A stretch of DNA of 64,000 nucleotides from an uncultured Rhodospirillaceae bacterium (lineage in GTDB: Bacteria > Pseudomonadota > Alphaproteobacteria > UBA9219): NCBI GenBank assembly GCA_964390005.1, contig CAYMGM010000002.1, forward strand, positions 72,796-136,795. The letters are read 5' to 3'. Under the pieces are notes generated by a model. That model worked only from the letters and a program-made list of their open reading frames with translations. It did not search any database and had not been told where the DNA came from. The stretch's first letter is position 1; each line of letters begins with the position of its first letter. Positions 1 through 7,866 of this stretch are shown here, one piece after another. Both the position numbers and the translations under genes were made by a program.

Positions 1-50
1 GAAAAGAGAAGAAACCGTTTAGACGTAAAAAGATTTGGAGGACATTTATT

Positions 51-779
51 ATGTCAGAAGATCTTAAACTCCGCCAGAAACTGGGAAGCGTTTTTGAAAC
101 CCTAGCCTTCGTTCATGCAGACACCCCCATCGCCGAAGCTGTTGAGGCTTTTGGCAATGTCGCTGTAACGCCTGACTCATATGTCCTTCTCAGCGAGCTT
201 TGCAATTATTCGGCAAAGATCGCGCGCGGTCGTTTCCAAGAGCTTCGTGACGATAATCGTGACCTAGCCAAACAATATGACAAGTCTTCTGGCGCCCTCA
301 TGAAAGCGGCAAAAGCGACCATTCTTCCGCTTGCCTTGCAAGACGGCTGCACGCTTTATAAAGACGTTGATGCCGAAGGTAAGACCGTTGGCGTTTTACG
401 TGGAGAAAAGCATCAAATTGGCCTTCACGGCCTTTCCGAAGAGAATCTGGCGCAGGCCGCTCCAATCCCGGAAGAGAATAAGTTTACAGGTTTCAAAAGA
501 CAGTGGCTTTCACCGGTCACCGTAGCTTCTTTCGTAGCCAAAACCGTCTTTGCGGACGTTGTCGGCGACGCATCGATGTTTGACAACTGCGCGCGCCTGC
601 TTGAAGGCGAGCTTCTGGCCGCAGGCTATAAGGGAGATGCCGTTTCCGCCATGGGAAGGCCAGCTTTACTTGAGGCTTTCACAAAATTAAATGCCCGCGC
701 AGCCGATTGGGTTATGCCGACAGTTCAGCCCAATCGTGAGCTTGTCAATCCGGCGAATAAAGAAGAATTAAAGACATAA
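51..779 (+). CDS. hypothetical protein (242 aa)
   Basis: Long ORF with a GGAGGA Shine-Dalgarno 8 nt upstream of the ATG. I recognise no motif. Confidence 0.5.
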   Translation: MSEDLKLRQKLGSVFETLAFVHADTPIAEAVEAFGNVAVTPDSYVLLSELCNYSAKIARGRFQELRDDNRDLAKQYDKSSGALMKAAKATILPLALQDGCTLYKDVDAEGKTVGVLRGEKHQIGLHGLSEENLAQAAPIPEENKFTGFKRQWLSPVTVASFVAKTVFADVVGDASMFDNCARLLEGELLAAGYKGDAVSAMGRPALLEAFTKLNARAADWVMPTVQPNRELVNPANKEELKT

Positions 780-797
780 TTGAATAGAGAACACCAA

Positions 798-1148
798 ATG
801 AATCTTTCGAATGACGACGCTTCGATATCAAACCGCTTTATATGTGCAGGCTCTATTCTTGGCCGCGGCATCGTGGCCCCTTTAACACGGCCGTTTGCCT
901 ATGCGTATCGCGCAGCAAATGGAGAGCTGATGCAAGGAAAAGACGGCGATTTTTTCCGCGCGGCTTGGGATCCTTGCGCCAGCGCACGAGCAAACGCGGA
1001 CGGCCTTGTCATAGTTTGCTCGTTCCTTTTAGGCGCCGTGACGGGCTCGCTCATTCTCTCGACATCGTTGTTTGAAGCGCCCTATCAATTGGTAAGAAGC
1101 GGAAAGCCTCAGAAACGACCATGGCTGCAAAGAAAATGTAACTGGTAG
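798..1148 (+). CDS. small hypothetical protein; start taken at internal Met of the 780..1148 ORF
   Basis: Sits between two co-oriented genes with typical GC content. No recognisable domain. May be spurious. Confidence 0.25.
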   Translation: MNLSNDDASISNRFICAGSILGRGIVAPLTRPFAYAYRAANGELMQGKDGDFFRAAWDPCASARANADGLVIVCSFLLGAVTGSLILSTSLFEAPYQLVRSGKPQKRPWLQRKCNW

Positions 1149-1186
1149 TTCGTTTTCTTTTTCCCTGATGGATTGGAAAATTATAG

Positions 1187-2233
1187 ATGAATAATCTTAC
1201 CGGCCTTTTTCCAGATAAAATAGCGGCGCAGACAGCGGAGATCGACCCTCGCTTTGAGCGGGTCATTGCGGATGCCATAAATTATTGTCAGGCCTGCGAT
1301 ACCTCTTCCCTTATTTCCTATCTTGTCGAAGAAAAAGGCTTTCCCGACATACGGGATTCTGTTGTCGATGAACGTGATTCAACACCCACGTTTCAGCATG
1401 CTTATGACATTTCGATGATATCGCTTGCCTTGATGCGACGGCCTGATTTTGCCAAGACCCTTCCGACAGAAAATAAAGAGCACGTCCTTCATCTTATCAA
1501 CAAAGCATGTAACGCCGTCGCCGGAGCCATTCATTCTCACGATCAAACCATCAAAAAGATGGAAGGCGATCGCGTTTCTCCCTCTGCATCTCCCTTGTTT
1601 TTTCGATGCGGCTATACACACGAAGACCGTTTTAACCGTATGATCCTTTTTTCTGCCGTTCCTGAGCATTACGGCCCGACAGCTGCGCCTCAACCTTATT
1701 TAAAGGGCATAGAAACGATGGCTGCGTTTTGGGGGCACCTTCTTGACCGTGGCAGCGACGCGATGGCAGACATTTTGTTTTCAAGATGGACGCATGGCGG
1801 CGAGAAAGAGGCCTTCGAATTAGAGCTTCATCAGCTAGCCGCTGCCACAACAACCGACCCCGTTTATACCGAAGAGCAAATAAACCGCTTCAAGGAAGAG
1901 CTGGTCTCTATTTTGCTTAAAACCGCAGGGACGGAAGTGGCCATGAGATATCACCCGGACCATGTGTTAGTTGAAGCCGGGGCCAACAGCGATATCTTTG
2001 TTGGCATGACAACTTTCCCGACAGATACAAGAACGATTTACACAGATTTTCCTAAAGAACCGCGCGCGCCGAGCGAACCACGTGTGGAAATTACGAATGG
2101 CCGATCTGGCACCCCCTATATCATCGCCATTGGCGAGGAAAGTAAACCAAGCCCTGGGGAATCGGCGCGCCAGACCATCACAAAACGTCTGCAAGGCTCT
2201 TCACAGACAAAGCCAGCTTTGACAGGCGATTAA
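1187..2233 (+). CDS. hypothetical protein (348 aa)
   Basis: Long ORF. No motif recognised. Confidence 0.5.
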   Translation: MNNLTGLFPDKIAAQTAEIDPRFERVIADAINYCQACDTSSLISYLVEEKGFPDIRDSVVDERDSTPTFQHAYDISMISLALMRRPDFAKTLPTENKEHVLHLINKACNAVAGAIHSHDQTIKKMEGDRVSPSASPLFFRCGYTHEDRFNRMILFSAVPEHYGPTAAPQPYLKGIETMAAFWGHLLDRGSDAMADILFSRWTHGGEKEAFELELHQLAAATTTDPVYTEEQINRFKEELVSILLKTAGTEVAMRYHPDHVLVEAGANSDIFVGMTTFPTDTRTIYTDFPKEPRAPSEPRVEITNGRSGTPYIIAIGEESKPSPGESARQTITKRLQGSSQTKPALTGD

Positions 2234-2285
2234 AAAACAACGGGAATAATAACTCACATTCTTCTCCCGACAATGCCTTGATCTT

Positions 2286-3149
2286 TTATTGTGACGAACC
2301 GGCGACTTTGGCGGCGCAAGATGGCTGATCTTTGAGAAGTTCAGGCCAATGGTCAACCCACCCCCTTTCATGGCTAACATCAGCGATCACGCGAAGCTTC
2401 ATGCAGTTTGTAGGTTTTGAGGCGACATAAAAACGTTGCGCGATAGAGGGCGGTATAACATCGTCGTCTTGCCCACTGAAATGTATTTGAGGGATCGTAT
2501 CAACGCTGCGCGCATAATCAATGGGGTTCAGCGAGCCAAGCAAAGGCGTCGCTTTGTGTTGACGGTTAAACGCAGTGTGATCCAGATTGCCAGCAACCGT
2601 GCGGATCGACAAAACATCGTTGCGACGCGCCGCAATTAAAACGGCGATGGCGCCGCCACCTGAATAACCTATTAGATTAAGATTGGGGCTTTTAGCCGGG
2701 GCAGCCAACTGGTCCACGGCTTGATTGATTGAGGCAACGACTTCCTCGGAAAACCTGCGATCTGTCCAATAAACCTCGCGACAGCTCGAATCCAATTTCA
2801 TGGGCGTAAACTGACAAGGCCGCGCGATATAGATGACATTCGCCGCCGGATCGAGCGACGCCAGATGCAACCCAAGCGCCTTGCGCGGCGTCGGATTTAA
2901 AGACGGCTCATAAGGCGACAACCAGGCCATGCCGTCGCCTTCAATATAGACATTGAACGGCTGCGTTTTATCGGTTACACGCGCATAGGTCGTCAGCAAG
3001 AAAGGCGCGGTCTGGATCTGCGCGCGGGAAAGCCCCGCCGTCTTGGCCAAAGCGTCGGCATGGGCTTGCCTGTCAGAAGCGCAACCCGACAAAAAGACAA
3101 AGGCGCTCAACACAAAAAACAGCCAATAAACAGCTAGGATGCTTTGCAT
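2286..3149 (-). CDS. alpha/beta-fold hydrolase, probable lipoprotein
   Basis: N-terminal signal with lipobox-like LSGCAS. G-Y-S-G-G nucleophile elbow (GxSxG) within GYSGGGAIAVLIAARR. Confidence 0.6.
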   Translation of the reverse strand: MQSILAVYWLFFVLSAFVFLSGCASDRQAHADALAKTAGLSRAQIQTAPFLLTTYARVTDKTQPFNVYIEGDGMAWLSPYEPSLNPTPRKALGLHLASLDPAANVIYIARPCQFTPMKLDSSCREVYWTDRRFSEEVVASINQAVDQLAAPAKSPNLNLIGYSGGGAIAVLIAARRNDVLSIRTVAGNLDHTAFNRQHKATPLLGSLNPIDYARSVDTIPQIHFSGQDDDVIPPSIAQRFYVASKPTNCMKLRVIADVSHERGWVDHWPELLKDQPSCAAKVAGSSQ

Positions 3150-3479
3150 TTCCCCTCGTTAGAATTCTTGACGGAACTGAAGCATGAAGTTGTGTCCAAG
3201 ATACTGGTCGCACACTTCGGCGTCAGACTTCGCCGACAGAGTCATGCTGCCCTCGAACTTAGCTTCAAAATCCGCGCCAAGCATGCCAGCTTTCGTCGCT
3301 GGCTTCAATCCAGGTGTCGCAAAGGAAGACCCGCCAGCATTGTTTGCCGTCGTTGAAGGCCCTTTGGGATTAAACTCGTGCAATCAGGCGGCACGAACAC
3401 TTGGCAAAAAGCCCCCACTTCAAGGCTTCCCGAAGAGCCTTCCTCTCTTTAACGATCGGGATCAATTTGACTTCATAAC

Positions 3480-3866
3480 TTAGACGAAGTCTTTCTTGGG
3501 AGCTCCAATTGAATGTTGTTTTTGGGGACGATTGGCCTTCCCCCTGCGAGAAGCAACATCTGCTTGATGCAGCTCCATCACTTTGATGAAGGGCGCGGCA
3601 TACAATTCCCCTGCCTTTTTGTATTCACTGTCGCCCCAATCATTAAACATGCTGCCCGCATCAGAGGGGGTGGGATCGTATGCCGAAGCCACGTCTCTTA
3701 ACCTGAGAATTTCTGCGATCTCTTCTGGATGCTTTCGTATGATAAGCTTGAGGCAGCTAGCAAGACGATCTGCATCATCCATTGAGGTCCAACCGGGAAT
3801 GACTTTTTCAAAATATTCTTTGTACGGTTTTGGCTCAGACATTTTCGCTCTCCTCTCAAAGTTCAT
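3480..3866 (-). CDS. hypothetical protein; likely real start MSEPKPYKEY near 3842
   Basis: ORF of typical composition. No motif recognised. Confidence 0.4.
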   Translation of the reverse strand: MNFERRAKMSEPKPYKEYFEKVIPGWTSMDDADRLASCLKLIIRKHPEEIAEILRLRDVASAYDPTPSDAGSMFNDWGDSEYKKAGELYAAPFIKVMELHQADVASRRGKANRPQKQHSIGAPKKDFV

Positions 3867-4073
3867 GTAAATGAATAGGCATATGATGGCCCGCGAGGGC
3901 CGCGTAAATCCACCTCGTTAGTCTACAACGAACGCGGGGCAAAATATACAAAAGCGCTGTCGGGAACCAACCGAGATTGAACTTTATAACCCGTTGCCCA
4001 TACTGTGAAATCAGGATCTCAGTTAACAAAGAGGGGAGATTGGTATAAATAGTTTCTATGGAATTATGTTATG

Positions 4074-4106
4074 CCGACATCATACTAGCGACAACATCAT
4101 ACTAGC
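4074..4106. repeat. tandem direct repeat, 2 x 16 bp (CATCATACTAGCGACA) in a divergent promoter region
   Basis: Read directly: catcatactagcgaca a catcatactagcgaca. Lies about 50 bp upstream of the 4154 ORF. Confidence 0.6.
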
Positions 4107-4153
4107 GACACCAGCCCTCTTGAAGGGGTTGCATTTTTGAAAAGGATCCCGTC

Positions 4154-4702
4154 GTGAGCAGATATAATAGCCTCCTGAAGCACCATCTTTACGTTAGCCT
4201 CGATTCCGCCCTTCTTAGAGAGATCTTCGGATCCGAAGCCGTTTCAGTCATTGCAGACCGACGCGAAATTAGCCGTAGCACGGGACGGCCCGCGCTCAAT
4301 TTTCCTTCTGAAGTTCATGCGGCTGTGTTTGTTGCCGAGGCTGGCGAAAAGATAAAAACTTATTGGAATATGTTATTCCCCGACAAGCCGCGTACGAGAT
4401 CACAGTTTCTCGGCGTCAGGGGAACGTATGCCGTTCATCAAGGGGGATCCGAAGGCGAAGAGTTTGTTCTTTACGTGTTTCGCGCAGAGAGAGCCACCTA
4501 TAAAGCCCTTTATGACGACATCATTGCGAGACAAAATGTCACGAGACCCGCCCCGGATGAGGGCGAAAGAATAGACTTCACACGCATAGATTCAATTCTG
4601 GCTAGCATCAAAGCAGGTGAACAAAAGCCCGCCCGTCCGTACGACCTTTCAAGGATAGATGCCTTACTGGCTTCTTTGGCCGATAAGAGGCAGAAGCCCT
4701 AG
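4154..4702 (+). CDS. hypothetical protein (182 aa)
   Basis: Long ORF. No motif recognised. Confidence 0.45.
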   Translation: MSRYNSLLKHHLYVSLDSALLREIFGSEAVSVIADRREISRSTGRPALNFPSEVHAAVFVAEAGEKIKTYWNMLFPDKPRTRSQFLGVRGTYAVHQGGSEGEEFVLYVFRAERATYKALYDDIIARQNVTRPAPDEGERIDFTRIDSILASIKAGEQKPARPYDLSRIDALLASLADKRQKP

Positions 4703-5040
4703 ATGCGCCTAAGGCTTTCTTCTTTTCAAGCTTGACCTCACGGACACTGACTTTGGATGTTTTTTGCAAATTCGGATAAGATCTCTTCATCCAAAGAAGA
4801 AACGCGAAGGAAGCGGCGACCTTCCAGTGCAGTTGGTGTATCTTGCGGCCTCAGTGCGTCTTTGCACCCGGTATTTTCTTTAGAACTTCGTCGGATGGGC
4901 CCGCGTAAAAAAATCTTTGCTGGCTTGTCAGGAAAGAGCAACCCACCGTCTGCTATTCTCTTGTCGAGAACAGTTCGGCAAAAATGTTCCGCTCGCAATT
5001 TTAGCGCACGCATCCCGTCTCCGTTGTTCGACAAAGATGC

Positions 5041-5400
5041 TTACTGAATCTCGATTTTACGACCGGGATGTCTTTCTCTGAGACCTTCAATTAGTGCGGC
5101 GCGAAGATCGGGGCGTACGCTAAGATCGATGACAGAATCCGGATCTTTGGGAGACAACGCAACCTCATCCAGACCGTAAATCGGAGGGGTTCCGACACGC
5201 TTTGGAAGCCTGTTGGTGACGATTTTTCCCTCGGTCAGAAAAGCCACAACAACCTCTGGCTTCGCTTCAACGGGAAAAGCATACACGCCGCTGTCCGCCC
5301 CAAGCCCTTTCGCGCGATAAAGCTCAGCCAACGGCCCCTCTTGGGGGTGCTGGTTCTCGGGCTTTTCTCTCAGCTCGCCTATGAAAGACGCTTCGGCCAT
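5041..5400 (-). CDS. hypothetical protein, about 119 aa (start MAEASFIGEL); ORF track extends the 5' end into the repeat
   Basis: The ORF 5' extension overlaps the repeat copy at 5461-5570, so the internal Met was chosen. Confidence 0.4.
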   Translation of the reverse strand: MAEASFIGELREKPENQHPQEGPLAELYRAKGLGADSGVYAFPVEAKPEVVVAFLTEGKIVTNRLPKRVGTPPIYGLDEVALSPKDPDSVIDLSVRPDLRAALIEGLRERHPGRKIEIQ

Positions 5401-5460
5401 GGACACCAATCTCAAATGCGGAACATGCGGGGCAAAGGGTAGGCACGCCCTACAACAAAG

Positions 5461-5570
5461 CCCCCCTGACCTCAACAATGCCCCACGCGCGCGAAGGCGC
5501 GCAAGACAAATAAGGACAATGGCATCGCGCCAGTCAGATATATCGGGGAAAAAAAGATGGTGGACCAAAG
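5461..5570. repeat. about 110-bp repeat copy 1, about 95% identical to 6543..6653: tRNA-Ala fragment + GC hairpin GCGCGCGAAGGCGCGC + degenerate tRNA acceptor-end fragment
   Basis: Aligned by eye: about 5 mismatches in 109 nt. It begins with CCCCTGACCTCAACAATGCC, which is identical to an internal segment of the tRNA-Ala gene. It ends with TGGTGGACCAAAG, which resembles the tRNA 3' end. Confidence 0.75.
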
Positions 5571-5764
5571 CGGCCAGACTTCGAACTTTTTAGCCTTCGA
5601 AGAACTCGCCCGCTGGGGTGCGATGATCGAGAAAATTCGCAGCTTTCCAAGCTATTACGGGTTCGACAGCAAATAGTAATTCGATCTTGGATTCAGCATC
5701 AAAGAGCGAATTTTAACAATTGGCCCCTTTCGTCTCATCAGAACCTTTGCTGCCCAGCTTCAAA

Positions 5765-6427
5765 TCACTTCGCCTCCGGCATGAGAACGTATTGAGAAAT
5801 AAGCGGCCCACTTTTTGCCTGCAAATCACGGTTCTCGACGGTCAGCACTAATTTGCCGGTCACGGGCGCTGGAACTTTCTCGCTATCTTCAGCGGCTATG
5901 TGAAAATTGAGCGATATCGGTATCTGAACATGCCACACGTCGTAACCATTTGGTCGACTCTTATCCTTTAATTCTGCGTTGCCCAATAGCTTGGTAGAAA
6001 CAGCAAGCTTTCGGTTAGATATCGCTTCAAGCATGCGGGACTCGACCATGGCTTCTATAAACCCGCACCAACCCTGCGACGTAAAATTGACTTGTTGGGC
6101 TGTTAATTTTTCACTCGCATCTTTAAAATCGAAGGCAAACAAATCAGGCGTGATCGTTTGCACCCATGCGAGAACATCTTGATCGCTTTTCAATCTCTCT
6201 GTTTGCGAGGAACTTCGCTGTGGATTGATCAACTCTCCGGTATTACATGCCGCTAACAACTTGTAGGGATCGGACGCTGCCAAGCGCTGTTTTGCTTCTT
6301 GGTCGTAAAAGTACTTACCCAAAGTGGTTAGCCCCACGACGACAACGATAATCGCTACAACAAAGCCGCCTAAAAACCACAGCACCTTGCTGAACGAACG
6401 GGATTGGTTTGTCTCTGTATTCTTCAT
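5765..6427 (-). CDS. single-pass membrane protein with a large periplasmic domain; possibly IcmL/DotI-like (uncertain)
   Basis: N-terminal hydrophobic helix FLGGFVVAIIVVVVGL followed by a soluble domain. It is the only gene between the two 110-bp repeats. The family assignment is from memory only. Confidence 0.5.
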   Translation of the reverse strand: MKNTETNQSRSFSKVLWFLGGFVVAIIVVVVGLTTLGKYFYDQEAKQRLAASDPYKLLAACNTGELINPQRSSSQTERLKSDQDVLAWVQTITPDLFAFDFKDASEKLTAQQVNFTSQGWCGFIEAMVESRMLEAISNRKLAVSTKLLGNAELKDKSRPNGYDVWHVQIPISLNFHIAAEDSEKVPAPVTGKLVLTVENRDLQAKSGPLISQYVLMPEAK

Positions 6428-6493
6428 GTTTACGTGCCTGCTTGAACGGCTTGAGGAAACAGAGTGATCTCAACTAATTGAAAATATAGTTAA

Positions 6494-6564
6494 TGGTGGA
6501 GCCAAGGAGGCCCGCGCGCCTGTGGCGCGTCTTATGATGAAGCACCCCTGACCTCAACAATGCC
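6494..6564. repeat. additional partial tRNA-Ala 3'-half copy: acceptor-end fragment + 37-bp GC hairpin insert + anticodon/T-arm fragment
   Basis: TGGTGGAGCCAAGG at 6494 and CCCCTGACCTCAACAATGCC at 6545 both match segments of the genuine tRNA at 6641-6716. Confidence 0.6.
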
Positions 6565-6653
6565 CCACGCGCGCGAAGGCGCGCAAAACAAATAAGGACA
6601 ATGGCATCGCGCCGGTCAGATATATCGGGGAAGAAAAAGATGGTGGAGCCAAG
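6543..6653. repeat. about 110-bp repeat copy 2; its last 13 bp are the 3' end of the genuine tRNA-Ala
   Basis: See copy 1. It abuts and overlaps the tRNA-Ala gene. Confidence 0.75.
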
Positions 6654-6716
6654 GGGGATCGAACCCCTGACCTCAACAATGCCATTGTTGCGCTCTCCCA
6701 GCTGAGCTATGGCCCC
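6641..6716 (-). tRNA. tRNA-Ala (anticodon GGC)
   Basis: Reverse complement reads GGGGCCATAGCTCAGCTGGGAGAGCGC-AACAA-TGGCATT-GTTGA-GGTC-AGGGGTTCGATCCCCCT-TGGCTCC-ACCA. Cloverleaf with a 7-bp acceptor, GGC in the anticodon loop and an encoded CCA. Confidence 0.85.
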
Positions 6717-6829
6717 ACACGTTGAAGGCCCCGTAAAATTGCCGATCTTTTACTGAATCGCAAGGGAATTCTTCTCTCTGTCCCCACTTTTTTCTTCGCC
6801 CTTCAATTTCCGCGGTTTTCTGCGGTTTT

Positions 6830-7774
6830 TCACGGGGTTACCCCTTCAAAAATCGCTTGCCACGCTTCTAGACATCCCTTTTCAAAAACGTCTGTGCTGT
6901 AGGCTTGAAGCGTCTCTTCGGCTGCCTTGGCGTATCCTTGCCGCGCGGGGCTGTCTGTCGCCTCGCCCGCTAAGTCGAGCGCTTGGCGGAGCTGTTGAAG
7001 CGCTTCCGGGAAATCGTCCTCTTGTGCCCAAAATCCATTTTTTTCGGTCGCGTATTCGCGCCCCCCGATCCCTGTAAAGCCCGTGACAATGCAGCCCGAG
7101 GCCATCGCTTCTAACGGCGTCAGGCCGAGGCCCTCTAGGCGGCTTAACGACAAAAAGGCCGCCGCTTCCCCCATTAAATGAGCGACCTCGGTTTCCGATT
7201 TGTTTTTGACCTCGATCCAATCCCAATCTTTGTATTCAGGGTGAAAATAACGGAACTGATCGCGCAGATAGATCGCTTCGACCGTTCGCTTGCGCGGCAT
7301 GTACATAATCGCGCGCAATTTGGGTGCCGGTTTGAATATTTGGCGGTCCACCGAACAGGGAACGCAGAAGCTGCGCACGTTGGGGTGGCGCTTGCGCATC
7401 GCTTCGTCAATCGTTTGGCTGCTGCACAGAATATCCGTAACGCCATAATCCGCATAGGTTTGCTGGCTGCCTACGCTCATCGCGGCGTAGAAGTGGTTTT
7501 GCGCATAGACCACTTTCTTTTGCGGCCAATCATGGAAGATCTCGAGGATCTTTTTTTGATCCTCCGGCAAGACAAAAATCTGGTCTTCCGTTCGCTGAAA
7601 CACGCCCTGCCCCACGACCGGCGCTTTCGAGGCAAACCATGTCGGGCGCCGCGCCTGCTCTTCAAAGACAACGACATCATATCCGTGGTCGATCAGCGTA
7701 TCGGCCATGCGAAAGATATATTTGATCCCGCCATTAAGCAAAACAACGGGTGGGCAGAAAAAGACGATTTGCAT
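6830..7774 (-). CDS. glycosyltransferase, GT-B fold (family 4-like)
   Basis: C-terminal EGLGLTPLEAMASGCIVTG matches the E-x7-E sugar-donor motif of GT4 enzymes. Confidence 0.65.
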   Translation of the reverse strand: MQIVFFCPPVVLLNGGIKYIFRMADTLIDHGYDVVVFEEQARRPTWFASKAPVVGQGVFQRTEDQIFVLPEDQKKILEIFHDWPQKKVVYAQNHFYAAMSVGSQQTYADYGVTDILCSSQTIDEAMRKRHPNVRSFCVPCSVDRQIFKPAPKLRAIMYMPRKRTVEAIYLRDQFRYFHPEYKDWDWIEVKNKSETEVAHLMGEAAAFLSLSRLEGLGLTPLEAMASGCIVTGFTGIGGREYATEKNGFWAQEDDFPEALQQLRQALDLAGEATDSPARQGYAKAAEETLQAYSTDVFEKGCLEAWQAIFEGVTP

Positions 7775-7866
7775 AGCGCCTCAAAAAAAACAAAGCGAAC
7801 AAGAAAGAGGCTCTACCATCCACAAAAGGACGATAGGGCGCAATAGAAAAGGTTTTTTCTTCGCTC

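Noticed and set aside
3159-3383. 74-aa minus-strand ORF ending in ...MLQFRQEF, reminiscent of an outer-membrane beta-barrel C-terminus
   Set aside because: It is too short for a porin and there is no upstream continuation. It may be a gene remnant, but the sequence alone cannot support that. It also overlaps an alternative + strand ORF.
5381-5593. 70-aa + strand ORF across repeat copy 1
   Set aside because: It lies entirely within the tRNA-derived repeat and its GC hairpin. It is almost certainly non-coding.
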